Counted from the stretch's first letter, positions 17,322-28,380 are shown. The stretch: 64,000 bases of DNA from an uncultured Candidatus Rokubacteria bacterium (GCA_963771355.1 CAVYTA010000005.1:736001-800000); one strand, 5' to 3'. Made by a program: numbers and translations. The notes: generated by a model from the letters alone, not told the origin.

Positions 17322-20300
17322 ATGTTCGTCGAGCTGCATGCCCGCAGTGCCTTCAGCTTCCTCGAGGCGGCGGCTTTGCCCGAGGAGCTGGCCGAGCGGG
17401 CGGCCGCGCTCGAGCAGCCGGCGCTGGCCCTCCTCGACCGCGACGGGCTCTACGGCGCGCCGCGCTTCTACCGCGCGGCGACCCGCGTCGGAATCAACCC
17501 CTTGGTCGGAGCGGAGGTCACGCTGGCGGAGGGCGGCCGGCTGCCGCTGCTGGTGGAAAGCCCCGAGGGCTATCAGAACCTCTGTCGGCTCCTCACCAAG
17601 ATGAAGATGCGCGCCTCCTCCAAGGACACCGGGGCGGCTACGCTCGACGAGATCGCCGAGCACGCGGTGGGGCTGGTCTGCCTCACGGCGGGCGAGGACG
17701 GGCCCGTGGCGCTGGCGCTGGAGGCCGGCGGCGCCCCCGCGGCGCGCGCGCTGCTCGACCGGCTCACCGGCGTCTTCGGCCGCGGCAATGTCTATGCCGA
17801 GCTGCAACGCCACTTCCGCCGCGCGGAGGAAGCGCGCAACGAGTGGCTGCGGGGGGCGGCGGCCACGCTCGGCCTGCCGCTCCTCGCCACCAATGCGCCC
17901 GCGCATGGCCGAGCGCGGCCAGCGGCCGCTCCTCGACGCGCTCACCTGCATCCGGCATCACACCACCCTGGATCGCGCGGGCCGGCTCCTCGCCGACAAT
18001 AGCGAGCGCCATCTGCGGCCTACGCGCGAGGTGGAGCGCCTCTTCGCCGACTGCCCCGACGCGGTGGCCAATAGCGGCGAGCTCGCCATCCGTCTGGCCT
18101 TCACTCTCAAGCACCTCGGCTACCGCTTTCCCGACTATCCGCTGCCGCCGGGGCAGACGCCCATCGGCCTCCTTCGCCACCTCGCCGAGGAGGGACGCCG
18201 GGCGCGCTATGGCGACGGCGAGCTCGCGGAGCGGGCGCGGCAGCAGATCGCGCGCGAGCTGGAGCTCATCGGCCGGCTCGACCTTCCCGGCTATTTCCTC
18301 ATCGTCTGGGACATCGTCCAGTTCTGCCGCGCCGAGGGCATTCTCGTGCAGGGGCGGGGCTCGGCGGCGAACAGCGCCGTCTGCTACGCGCTCGGCATCA
18401 CCGCGGTGGACGCGGTGGGCATGGATCTGCTCTTCGAGCGCTTCCTCTCCGAGGAGCGTGGGGAGTGGCCGGACATCGACCTCGACCTGCCCAGCGGAGA
18501 CCGGCGCGAGCGGGTGATCCAGTACGTCTACGAGCGGTACGGCCGTCTGGGCGCCGCCATGACCGCCAACGTCATCACGTACCGTGGTCGGCTGGCGGCG
18601 CGCGAGGTCGGCAAGGTGCTGGGCCTGCCCGCCGACCTCATCGAGCGGCTGAGCGGGTTCGTGACGGACTTCGAGTTCAAGGATCCGGGCGACACCCTCC
18701 TCGCGCACCTCGCCGCCGCCGGCTGCGATCCCGCCCACCCGCGCATGCAGGTGTTCGCCGCGCTCTGGTCGGCCATCCAGGATCGCCCGCGCCACCTCGG
18801 TCAACACTCGGGCGGCATGGTGATCTGCCAGGGACGGCTCGACGCGGTGGTGCCGCTCGAGCCCGCCACCATGCCCGGCCGCTCCGTCGTCCAGTGGGAC
18901 AAGGACGACTGCGGCGCGTTGGGCATCGTGAAAGTCGATCTCCTGGGGCTCGGTATGATGTCGCTGCTCCAGGACGCGATCGAGATGATCTCCGCGCGGG
19001 GCGGCGCCGTGGACCTGGCTCATCTGCCGCCCGACGATCGGGCCGTCTACGACATGCTGAAGCGCGCCGACACCGTCGGCGTCTTCCAGGTGGAGAGCCG
19101 GGCGCAGATGGCGACGCTGCCACGCCTGCGCCCCGAGCGTTTCTACGACCTCGTGGTGCAGGTGGCCATCATCCGGCCGGGGCCCATCGTGGGCGACATG
19201 GTGCACCCCTATCTCCGCCGCCGCGCCGGCCGCGAGCCGGTGACAGTGCCGCATCCGACGCTCGAGCCCATCCTGCGGCGCACGCTCGGCGTGCCGCTCT
19301 TCCAGGAGCAATTGCTCCGCATGGCCATGGCCACCGCCGGCTTCACCGGGGGCGAGGCCGAAGAGCTGCGCCGCGCGCTGGGCTTCAAGCGCGCCGCCCG
19401 CGCCATGGCCGACATCGAGGGCAAGCTCCGCGCCGGCATGGCGCGCCAGGGCATCACCGGCGAGCCGGCGGAGGCCATCATCCGTTCCATCACCGCCTTC
19501 GCGCTGTATGGCTTCCCCGAATGCGTGGTCGGCGAGACGCGGGTGATCGACGCCGATACGGGGCGCCGTGTAAAGATCGAGGACGTGGTGGCCGGGCGGG
19601 TCCCGCTCACCCACACGCTGGCCTGTGATGAAGACCTGCGCATCCGCAAGCGGCGCGTGCTCGGCGCGACGGCCAGCGGCCAGCGGATGGTTTACCGTGT
19701 TCGTACCGCGCTGGGCCGCGAGGTGACGGCCACCGCCGAGCACCCGCTCCTGACCCTGGACGGCTGGCGTCCCCTCGGCCACCTGCGTGTGGGGGATGAC
19801 ATCGCCGTGGTCTCCGATCCCATGCCGGATGCGAAGGTCGATTGGGATCCCGTCACCGCGATCGAGCCGGTGGGAATGCAGGAGACCTACGATCTCTCCG
19901 TCGAAGAGGACCATAACTTCATCGCCAATGACGTCGTCGTGCATAACTCGCATGCGGCCAGCTTCGCGCTCCTGGCCTATGCCAGCACTTACCTCAAGGC
20001 GCATCACCCGGCGGCCTTCTACGCGGCGCTGCTCAACAACCAGCCCATGGGCTTCTACCACCCCGCCACCATCGTGCGAGACGCCCAGCGTCACGGGCAG
20101 GTGATCCGCCCCATCGACGTCACGTGCTCGGGCTGGCTCTGCGCCATCGAGACGGACAGCGCGGTGCGGCTCGGACTCCGCTACGTGAAGGGATTGCGTG
20201 AAGATGCGGGCAAGCGCCTCGAGGCGGCGCGCCTCACGCGCCCCTTCGACTCCGTCGCCGATCTCGTGCGCCGCGGCGACGTCAATCGCGAGGAGCTGGC

Positions 20301-20859
20301 GCGCCTGGGCGAGGTGGGCGCGCTCGGCGGGCTGGGCCTCGAGCGGCGCCAGGCGCTCTGGGAAGGGGAGCGGGCCATCCGGCCGACGGGGCCGCTCTAT
20401 GCCGGGTTGCCCGATCCGCCGTCCCCCTCGCCGCTGCGGCCCATGACGGAGGAGGAAGAGGTGGTGGCCGACTACGCGGGCACGGGCCTGTCGGTGGGGC
20501 CGCACCCGATGGCACTGCGGCGCGCCGGGCTCGCCAAGCGGGGCGTGACGCGCGCCGCCGAGCTCGCCGATCGGCCGCATGGGAGCGCGGTGCGCGTGGC
20601 GGGAGCGGTGGTGGTGCGCCAGCGCCCGGGTACCGCGAAGGGCTTCGTCTTCCTCAACCTCGAGGACGAGACCGGCCTCATCAACGTGATCGTGCGCCCG
20701 CAGCACTTCGCCCGCTACCGCGAGCTCCTCACCGGCGAGCCCTTTCTCCTCGTGGACGGACGCCTCCAGCACGAGGACGGGGTGATCTCGGTGCGCGCCG
20801 ATCGCCTCCAGGCGCTCGCGGTCCGCCTGGGCGCCTTGCCCTCGCACGACTTCCACTGA
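17322..20859 (+). CDS. dnaE2: Error-prone DNA polymerase DnaE2 (ImuC) containing an intein; frameshift near 17899
   Basis: PHP domain FVELHARSAFSFL, GRGSAANSAVCY, PDIDLD, RQRPGTAKG and C-terminal SHDFH (S[RH]DF[HR] type, typical of DnaE2). Confidence 0.93.
19522..19947 (+). mobile_element. Mini-intein (142 aa, no homing endonuclease) in DnaE2
   Basis: Starts CVVGETRV (block A), has TAEHPLL (block B TxxH) and YDLSVEEDHNFIANDVVVHN (blocks F/G), with +1 Ser. Removing it restores YGFPE|SHAASF. Confidence 0.95.
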
Positions 20860-20885
20860 TCCCCGAAATTCCTTACACTGACGCC

Positions 20886-22916
20886 ATGCCGAACGCGCTC
20901 CGGGTCGTCCGCACCATGTGCCCGATGAATTGCCATCCCACGCTGTGCGGCATGCTGGTGGAGGTGGACGGCGACCGCCTCGTCTCCGTGAAGGGCGATC
21001 CCGACAACCCGGATAGCCAGGGGTTCCTCTGCGTCCGGGGGCACGCCTCGCGCGAGATCATCGGCAACCCGCAGCGCCTCCTGCGCCCTCTCGTCCGGCC
21101 CCGCCGCGACGCCGGCTGGCGCGAGGCCACCTGGGACGAGGCGCTCGACCTCATCGCCGCGCGGATGCAGGCGGCCGGGCGCGAGGCGGTGGGGATCTGG
21201 AGCGGGCATGGCGCCTTCGCCAACAACTACGGCACGCGCGTCAACTCACACCTCATGCGCCGCTTCGCCAATCTCTGGGGCTGCCAGTGGTGGAACCCCA
21301 CCATGATCTGCTGGGGCCTGGGCGCCTTCGGGCTCGGTCTCACCGGCGTGCTCGAGGCCAATACCAAGGAGGACATGGGCGCGCACGCGGCCTTCATTCT
21401 CCTCTGGGGCGCCAACCTCGCCAGCCAGCCCAATACCGGCCGGCACCTGGCGGCGGCGCGGCGGCGGGGCGCGCACGTGGTGACGGTGGACGTGCGCACC
21501 ACCGAGGCGGCGGCCCAGTCGGACGAGGTGCTGTTGCTCCGGCCGGGCACGGATGCGGCGCTCGCACTGGGCATGATGCACGTGATCGTGGACGAGGGGC
21601 TCCACGACCGCAACTTCGTCGCGCGGCACACGGTGGGCTTCGACGCGCTCGCCGCCCACCTGCGGACGCACACCCCGGCATGGGCGGCGGAGGTGACGGG
21701 CATCGCCGCCGAGCGCATCGCGGCGCTGGCGCGTCGCTACGCGACCACGCGGCCGGCCTCGATCGTGCTGGGTGGCTCATCCATGCACAAGGGGTCCAAC
21801 GGCTGGCAGGGCGCGCGCGCGGTGGGCTGCCTGCCCGCGCTCACCGGCAATGTCGGCATCGCCGGTGGTGGCTTCGGCCCGCGCCACGGGGCGCGGAGCC
21901 ACGGCCAAGAGCTCAACGACATCACCCTCATGGATCGCCGGCCCCCCGGCCGCTACGTGCCGAACCAGATGCCGCGGGTCACCGAGGCGCTGGAGGACGG
22001 TCGCCTCCGCGCCCTGCTCCTCTTCGGCACCGACATGCTCTCGTCCTACGCGGATGCGGGTCGGCTCGCCGAGGGGATGGCCCGCGCCGATCTCGTGGTG
22101 AGCCACGATCTCTTCCTCAACGACACCGCGCGCCGCTTCGCCGACGTGGTGCTGCCGAGCACGTCCTGGCTGGAGGAGCTGGGCTGCAAGAGCACCAATA
22201 CCCATCTCTACCTGATGGACCCGGCGCTGCCGCCGGCCGGGGAATCTCGCACGGTGGCCGAGGTGCTGCGGGGGCTGGCCGGCCGCCTCGACGTGGGCGG
22301 TTTCTATCCCTGGGCGGACGCGGCGGGCGTGCTCGACGCGCTCATCGACCATCCCGCGACCGGGCATGCCACGGTGGCGGCGATGCGGGCCGAGGGCGGA
22401 ATCCGGGCCCTGCGCATCTCCCACGTGGCGCATCCGGACCTGGTCTTCCCCACGCCGTCCGGCAAGGTGGAGCTCGTGTCCGAGCGCGCGGTGAGCCTCG
22501 GGCTGCCGGCCTTGCCCGTCTACGAGCCGCTGCCGGATTCCCCCTTTCCGCTGACTTTTCGTCAGGGACGTACGCTCACGCAGTTCCACGGGTTCTACGA
22601 TCACGGGCGGGCGCTGCCCACCCTGGCCCGGCTGGACCCCGAGCCCGTCCTCTGGATTTCCCCCGACGACGCGGCGGCACGGGCGCTGGAGGACGGCGCG
22701 CCCATCCGGATCTTCAACGAGCGGGGCGAGTTCAGGGCCCGCGCGCGGACCACGGATCAGGTGCCGCCGGGCACGGTCTGGATGCGGGACGGCTGGACGG
22801 GGCTCAACCGTCTCACCGACGGCGAGGCCGCCATTCCAGACATCGCGGTGGATTCATTCGGATTTTCCGGCGGTCAGGCTTCCTTCGACGCCCGGGTCGA
22901 GGTCGCACACGCCTGA
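20886..22916 (+). CDS. Molybdopterin (bis-MGD) oxidoreductase, cytoplasmic
   Basis: N-terminal Fe-S cysteines CPMNCHPTLC...LCVRG, RPGTDAALA, FPTPSGKVE, C-terminal dinucleotide-binding domain. No Tat signal. Confidence 0.9.
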   Translation: MPNALRVVRTMCPMNCHPTLCGMLVEVDGDRLVSVKGDPDNPDSQGFLCVRGHASREIIGNPQRLLRPLVRPRRDAGWREATWDEALDLIAARMQAAGREAVGIWSGHGAFANNYGTRVNSHLMRRFANLWGCQWWNPTMICWGLGAFGLGLTGVLEANTKEDMGAHAAFILLWGANLASQPNTGRHLAAARRRGAHVVTVDVRTTEAAAQSDEVLLLRPGTDAALALGMMHVIVDEGLHDRNFVARHTVGFDALAAHLRTHTPAWAAEVTGIAAERIAALARRYATTRPASIVLGGSSMHKGSNGWQGARAVGCLPALTGNVGIAGGGFGPRHGARSHGQELNDITLMDRRPPGRYVPNQMPRVTEALEDGRLRALLLFGTDMLSSYADAGRLAEGMARADLVVSHDLFLNDTARRFADVVLPSTSWLEELGCKSTNTHLYLMDPALPPAGESRTVAEVLRGLAGRLDVGGFYPWADAAGVLDALIDHPATGHATVAAMRAEGGIRALRISHVAHPDLVFPTPSGKVELVSERAVSLGLPALPVYEPLPDSPFPLTFRQGRTLTQFHGFYDHGRALPTLARLDPEPVLWISPDDAAARALEDGAPIRIFNERGEFRARARTTDQVPPGTVWMRDGWTGLNRLTDGEAAIPDIAVDSFGFSGGQASFDARVEVAHA

Positions 22917-22972
22917 ACCCGCGGTGCTAGAATCACCATCCAAATAGGGGCGAGGACTCACGAGGGGGATCG

Positions 22973-23362
22973 ATGCCGATCTACGAGTACGAGTGCGGAG
23001 GCTGTCGACGGCGAGTCAGTCTGCTCGTCCTGACTCCCTCCCGGGCCGCGGACCCCCGATGTCCGCGCTGTGGCAGCGCCGAGCTCACGCGGCTCATGTC
23101 CCGCTTTGCCACCGTGAAATCCGAAGATGCCCGCCTCGACTCGCTCTCCGACCCCTCCACCTATGGTGACCTCGACGAGAACAACCCCGCCTCGATGGCC
23201 CGCTTCATGAAGCGCATGGGCGACGAGATGGGCGAGGATCTCGGCGAGGACGTGGACGCGGCCATGGACGAGGCGATGGCCGAGTCCGGCGAGCCGGAGC
23301 CGGAGGCGAGGCGAGCGGATATGGAAACTGGGACGGATACGGGATCCGAGGACCAGCTCTAG
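22973..23362 (+). CDS. FmdB family zinc-ribbon protein
   Basis: MPIYEYECGGC...CPRCGS followed by an acidic tail. Confidence 0.88.
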   Translation: MPIYEYECGGCRRRVSLLVLTPSRAADPRCPRCGSAELTRLMSRFATVKSEDARLDSLSDPSTYGDLDENNPASMARFMKRMGDEMGEDLGEDVDAAMDEAMAESGEPEPEARRADMETGTDTGSEDQL

Positions 23363-23368
23363 GCACCC

Positions 23369-24349
23369 ATGAAGATCCAGACCCTTCCCGGCCTCGAGGC
23401 CCTCGACGCGGGCCGCTGGAACACGCTGCTCGCCCTCTCGGCCCAGCCCTCGGTGTTCATGACCTGGCAGTGGCAGGCCGCGTGGCTGCGCGCCTTCGGC
23501 GGGCGGCCGCTGCAGCTCCTGTCCGCCTCCGACGCGACCGAGTCCCTGGTGGCGGTGCTCCCGTTGCACGAGGCAGAGCCCGGGCTCTGGCGCATCGTGG
23601 GCGGCGTGGACGTCTCCGACTATCTCGATCTCATCGCGGCGGCGGGACGCGAGGAAGAGGTGTGGGAGGCACTGCTGCAGCATCGCGCGGCGGATCGTTC
23701 CGTGTGGCATCTCCGCGGCATCCGCGCCGAGTCGCCCACGGCCGAGCGGCTGCCCGGCCTCGCTCCCGCGCACGGCCTCACCGTGGCGGTGGAGCGCGAG
23801 GAGCGATGTCCCGTGCTCCGGCTGCCCGAGAGCTGGGACGCCTATCTGGCGATGCTCTCCGGCAAGGACCGCCACGAGCTGCGCCGGAAGATGCGGAAGC
23901 TCGAGGCCGAGCTGCCGGACGTCCGCGTGCGGAGCGTCATCGGGGGCCCGGGCTGGGACGAGGCGCTGGGCCAGTTCCTCCATCTGCACCGGCTCTCGCG
24001 CACGGGCAAGGCCAAGTTCATGGACGAGACGATGGAGCGCTTCTTCCGCGACGCGCTCGGGGCCCTCGCGGCCGAAGGGTGGGCACGACTCTGGTTCCTG
24101 GACTCGGCGGAGGTGCCGGTGGCCGCCTTCATCTGTACCGAGTACGGATCCAGCGTGGGCCTCTACAACTCCGGCTTCGATCCCGTCCACGCCCGTCTTG
24201 CCCCCGGCATCGTGCTCCTCGGCCACGTAGTCCGCGACGCCATCGAGCGGCGCGTCCCCGTCTTCGACTTCCTGCGGGGCGAGGAGCCCTACAAGTACGC
24301 CTTCGGCCCGGTGCCCACGGATCTCCTCAGCGTCCGGGTGGCGCCGTGA
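23369..24349 (+). CDS. GNAT family acetyltransferase (CelD/BcsL-like)
   Basis: SDYLD, YNSGFDP and FDFLRGEEPYKY motifs. Confidence 0.85.
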   Translation: MKIQTLPGLEALDAGRWNTLLALSAQPSVFMTWQWQAAWLRAFGGRPLQLLSASDATESLVAVLPLHEAEPGLWRIVGGVDVSDYLDLIAAAGREEEVWEALLQHRAADRSVWHLRGIRAESPTAERLPGLAPAHGLTVAVEREERCPVLRLPESWDAYLAMLSGKDRHELRRKMRKLEAELPDVRVRSVIGGPGWDEALGQFLHLHRLSRTGKAKFMDETMERFFRDALGALAAEGWARLWFLDSAEVPVAAFICTEYGSSVGLYNSGFDPVHARLAPGIVLLGHVVRDAIERRVPVFDFLRGEEPYKYAFGPVPTDLLSVRVAP

Positions 24350-25596
24350 ACCTGCGCATCGCGGTGCTGTCCGTTCACACCTGCCCGCTGGCCGCGCTGG
24401 GCGCCAAGGAGACGGGCGGGATGAACGTGTACGTGCGCGAGTCCGCGCGCGAGCTGGGTCGGATGGGCGTGCAGGTGGATGTGTTCACCCGCTCGCAGGA
24501 TCCGGGCATCCGCCGCATCGTGCCCCTCGGGGACAATGCGCGGGTGATTCATCTTCCCGCCGGGCCTCAGCGGCCGATGCCGCGCGAGGTGGTGCACCAG
24601 CACCTGTCCGAGTTCGTGGCCGGCATCGACGAGTTCCGCGAGACCGAGGACATCGGCTACGACCTCATCCACGCGCACTACTGGCTGTCCGGCGTGGCCG
24701 CGCTCGAGCTGCGGGAGCGGTGGGGCGCGCCGGTGATCCAGATGTTCCACACGCTGGGACGGCTGAAGAACAGCGTGGCGCGGGCGCCCACCGAGCTCGA
24801 GCCCGAGCTCCGCATCACGGAAGAGACCCGCATCGTCCGCGACGTCGACCGCATCGTCGCCGCCAACGTGGTGGAGCGCGCGCATCTCGTCTGGTACTAC
24901 GGGGCGGTGGCCGAGCGCATCGCGGTCATTCCCTGCGGGGTGGACACCGAGCTGTTCCAGCCGCTGGGCGCGGCCGCGGCCAAGGATCTCCTCGAGCTGC
25001 CCCCGGAGCCCTTGCTCCTCTACGTGGGGCGGCTCCAGCCGATCAAGGGCCTGGAGACGCTGCTGGAGGCCATGACCCGCCTGCGCCAGGACGCGCGGCT
25101 CCTCATCGTGGGCGGCGACCAGGACGAGCCCGAGAACGGCCACGGGGAGTATCTGCGCGGGCGGGTCGGGGCCCTCGGCCTCGGGGAGCGGGTCCACTTC
25201 CTGGGGGCCCAGCCCCAGCAGCGGCTCCGCCTCTTCTATGCCGCGGCCGATGCCACCGTGATGCCGTCCTACTACGAGTCCTTCGGCATGGTCGCGCTGG
25301 AGGCCATGGCCTGCGGCAGCCCGGTGGTGGCCTCACGCGTCGGCGGCCTCACCACCACGGTGCGCGACGGCGTGACCGGCTTCCTCGTCCCCGAGGGCGA
25401 CGCGGGCGCGCTGGCCGAGCGGCTCACCACCGTGCTCGGCGACGCGCGCCTGCGCGCGCGTCTCGGCCGCGAAGCCACCCGCTGGGCCGCGGAGCACCGC
25501 TGGCCCTGCGTGGCGGAGAAGGTGTGCGGCCTCTACGCGGAGCTGCGGCCCGCCGCCTCCCAGCATCTCGGCCACGCGCGCTGCACCCGCAGCTAG
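24346..25596 (+). CDS. GT4 glycosyltransferase, MshA-like
   Basis: SVHTCPLAALG..TGGMNVYV, HAHYWLSG, FHTLG, ESFGMVALEAMACG. Confidence 0.88.
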   Translation: MNLRIAVLSVHTCPLAALGAKETGGMNVYVRESARELGRMGVQVDVFTRSQDPGIRRIVPLGDNARVIHLPAGPQRPMPREVVHQHLSEFVAGIDEFRETEDIGYDLIHAHYWLSGVAALELRERWGAPVIQMFHTLGRLKNSVARAPTELEPELRITEETRIVRDVDRIVAANVVERAHLVWYYGAVAERIAVIPCGVDTELFQPLGAAAAKDLLELPPEPLLLYVGRLQPIKGLETLLEAMTRLRQDARLLIVGGDQDEPENGHGEYLRGRVGALGLGERVHFLGAQPQQRLRLFYAAADATVMPSYYESFGMVALEAMACGSPVVASRVGGLTTTVRDGVTGFLVPEGDAGALAERLTTVLGDARLRARLGREATRWAAEHRWPCVAEKVCGLYAELRPAASQHLGHARCTRS

Positions 25597-25650
25597 GCCG
25601 TCGTCAGGCCGAGCTCGCCGCGCCCCTCACCCCCGCCCAGGAGACGAGCG

Positions 25651-26316
25651 ATGGAGCTCTACGACGTGATGCGGACGACGTTTTCCTCGCGCGAGTTCAC
25701 CGCCGACGCGGTGCCGGACGCGTTGCTCGCCAAGATCCTGGACAATGCCCGGTTTGCTCCGAGTGGGGGCAACCGCCAGGGCTGGCGCGTCATCGTGGTT
25801 CGGGACCCCGCCACGCGCCAGGCGCTCTCCGCGCTGGCCGCGCCCGCGGCGAAGCGGTATGCCGCACAGGTGCAGGCGGGCGAGAGCCCGTGGAATACCG
25901 TGCATCCAACCAAGGTCGATGACGCGACGATCGAGCGCACGCCGCCGCCCGCCCGGCTCACCGAGCCGTTCTCCAAGGCGCCCGTCGTGCTCGTGGTCTG
26001 CGTCGATCTCCAGGTGGTGGCCTCGATGGACCAGCTCCTGCCCCGTGTGGGCGTCATCAGCGGGGCGTCCATCTACCCCTTTGTCTGGAATATCCTGCTC
26101 GCGGCGCGTCATGAAGGGCTGGCCGGCACCATCACCACGCTGGCGGTGGCGCAGGAGCCGAAGCTTCAGGCCTTGCTCGGCATTCCCTCCCACGTGGCGG
26201 TGGCGGCGGTGATGCCCATGGGCCGGCCGGTGGCGCGGCTGACCAAGCTCAAGCGCAAGCCGGTGCCCGAGATCGCCATGCTCGAGCGCTGGGGCGGGAC
26301 GCCGCTCGCCGGCTGA
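25651..26316 (+). CDS. Nitroreductase family protein
   Basis: RTTFSSREF, APSGGNRQGW and NILLAARHEGL motifs. Confidence 0.88.
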   Translation: MELYDVMRTTFSSREFTADAVPDALLAKILDNARFAPSGGNRQGWRVIVVRDPATRQALSALAAPAAKRYAAQVQAGESPWNTVHPTKVDDATIERTPPPARLTEPFSKAPVVLVVCVDLQVVASMDQLLPRVGVISGASIYPFVWNILLAARHEGLAGTITTLAVAQEPKLQALLGIPSHVAVAAVMPMGRPVARLTKLKRKPVPEIAMLERWGGTPLAG

Positions 26317-26410
26317 GGACCCGCCGGGGAGGCGTCGCCGCGTCGAGCGAGGAGGAGCCGGCGGAATCGTGCCGGGGCGCGTCGGGACGCTTGTGCTAGA
26401 CTCCCGGCCG

Positions 26411-27403
26411 ATGGACGTCCTGCTGGACGTGCGTGACCTACATACCCAGTTCACCACCTCGGGCGGCGTGGTCCGCGCGGTGGACGGCGTGTCGTGGGAC
26501 GTGCGCCCCGGCGAGACGGTGGCCCTGGTCGGCGAGTCCGGCTGCGGCAAGAGCGTGAGCGCGCTGTCCGTCATGCGCCTCATCGCCGCGCCTGCGGGCC
26601 GCATCGTGAGTGGTCAGATCCTGTTCAAGGGCCGCGATCTCCTCGCCCTGTCCGAGGACGAGATCCGGAAGGTACGCGGCCGCGAGATCGGCATGATCTT
26701 CCAGGAGCCGATGACCTCGCTCAATCCCGTGCTCACCATCGGACGCCAGCTCACCGAGACACTGGAGATCCACCTCGGCATGACCCCCGCGCAGTCGCGC
26801 GCGCGGGCGGGGGAGATCCTCGGGCTCGTGGGTATCTCCGACGCCGAGCGGCGGCTGCGTCAATACCCGCACCAGTTCAGCGGCGGGATGCGGCAGCGGA
26901 TCATGATCGCGATGGCGCTGTCCTGCAATCCCCCGCTCATCCTCGCCGACGAGCCCACCACTGCGCTCGACGTCACCATCCAGGCCCAGATCCTCGAGCT
27001 CCTCAAGGACCTCTCGCGCAAGCTCGGCGCGGCCATGCTCATCATCACCCACAACCTCGGCGTGGTGGCCCGCTACGCCGACCGGGTGAACGTGATGTAC
27101 GCGGGCCGCATCATAGAGCGGGGGACTGCCCGGGAAATCTACGCCAATCCGCGGCACCCCTATACCCTGGGGCTGCTCCGATCGGTGCCGCGGCTGGACG
27201 AGCCTCGGAAGTCTCGGCTCGACCCGATCAGCGGTCAGCCGCCCGATCTCACCCGGCTACCCCCCGGCTGCGCCTTCGCGCCGCGCTGCGCTTTCGTAGT
27301 CGAGCGGTGCCGGGCCGAGCGGCCGGAGCTCCTGACGGTGGCGGATGCTCATACCTCGGCTTGCTGGGAAACCGACCGCCTGGCCGTCAAGGTACCCGCG
27401 TGA
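26411..27403 (+). CDS. oppD: Oligopeptide/dipeptide ABC ATP-binding protein
   Basis: [20 protein letters not shown], Cys-rich C-terminus. Confidence 0.9.
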   Translation: MDVLLDVRDLHTQFTTSGGVVRAVDGVSWDVRPGETVALVGESGCGKSVSALSVMRLIAAPAGRIVSGQILFKGRDLLALSEDEIRKVRGREIGMIFQEPMTSLNPVLTIGRQLTETLEIHLGMTPAQSRARAGEILGLVGISDAERRLRQYPHQFSGGMRQRIMIAMALSCNPPLILADEPTTALDVTIQAQILELLKDLSRKLGAAMLIITHNLGVVARYADRVNVMYAGRIIERGTAREIYANPRHPYTLGLLRSVPRLDEPRKSRLDPISGQPPDLTRLPPGCAFAPRCAFVVERCRAERPELLTVADAHTSACWETDRLAVKVPA

Positions 27404-28377
27404 ACGAGGCGCCGATCCTCGAGGTCAGGAACCTCGTCAAGCACTTCCCCATCGGCGGGGGCATCTTCGGCGGCGAGGCGGCCGTGGTCAAGGCGGTGGA
27501 CGGGGTGAGCTTCTCCATCCGCCGCGGCGAGACCCTGGGCCTGGTAGGGGAGTCCGGCTGCGGCAAGACGACCACCGGCCGCTGCATCCTGCAGCTCGAG
27601 AAGCCGACCTCGGGCGAGATCATCTTCGAGGGGCGCGACCTCGCCACCCTGACCGGGGGCGAGCTGCGGAAGGTCCGGCGCCGGCTCCAGGTGATCTTCC
27701 AGGACCCCTACAGCTCGCTGAATCCGAGAATGACGGTGGGGCAGATCATCGCCGAGCCACTGGGCGTCCACGATATCGTCCCGGACCGCGCCGCCCGGGC
27801 CGCTCGCGTCCGGGAGCTGCTGGGCCATGCCGGCCTCCTGCCCGCGATGGCCCTCCGCTACCCGCACGAGCTGTCCGGGGGCCAGCGCCAGCGGGTGGGG
27901 ATCGCACGCGCGCTGGCGATGGAGCCGGCCCTCATCGTGTGCGACGAGCCGGTCTCGGCCCTTGACGTCTCCATCCAGGCTCAGATCATCAACCTGCTCG
28001 AGGAGCTTCAGGCCGAGTTCGGTCTCACCTATCTGTTCGTCGCGCATGATCTGTCCGTGGTGCGGCACATCTCCGACCGGGTAGCGGTGATGTACCTCGG
28101 CAAGATCGCCGAGATCACCGACCGGAAGACCCTCTACGAGAGCCCTCTGCACCCCTATACCCAGGCGCTCCTCTCGGCGGTGCCCATCCCGGATCCGGCG
28201 GTGGAGGCGGGACGGGAGCGCATCGTCCTGGGCGGCGAGGTGCCGAGCCCTCTCAACCCCCCCTCGGGGTGCGTCTTCCATCCCCGCTGTCCCATCGCCG
28301 TGGACGACTGCCGGCGCGAGGTCCCCCTCCTGCGAGAGATCCGAGCCGATCACCGGGTGGCCTGCATCCGGGTGTGA
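27400..28377 (+). CDS. oppF: Oligopeptide/dipeptide ABC ATP-binding protein
   Basis: [29 protein letters not shown]. Confidence 0.9.
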   Translation: MNEAPILEVRNLVKHFPIGGGIFGGEAAVVKAVDGVSFSIRRGETLGLVGESGCGKTTTGRCILQLEKPTSGEIIFEGRDLATLTGGELRKVRRRLQVIFQDPYSSLNPRMTVGQIIAEPLGVHDIVPDRAARAARVRELLGHAGLLPAMALRYPHELSGGQRQRVGIARALAMEPALIVCDEPVSALDVSIQAQIINLLEELQAEFGLTYLFVAHDLSVVRHISDRVAVMYLGKIAEITDRKTLYESPLHPYTQALLSAVPIPDPAVEAGRERIVLGGEVPSPLNPPSGCVFHPRCPIAVDDCRREVPLLREIRADHRVACIRV

Positions 28378-28380
28378 CGC

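Noticed and set aside
3977..17900. Programmed ribosomal frameshifting in iorB, the cytochrome gene or dnaE2
   Set aside because: No slippery heptamer or obvious stimulatory structure. Single-base errors are the simpler explanation.
17764..20856. 1030-aa antisense ORF and many other long overlapping ORFs
   Set aside because: These are shadow ORFs of high-GC coding sequence: Arg/Ala/Gly/Pro-rich, without motifs, and opposite or out of frame with well-supported genes.
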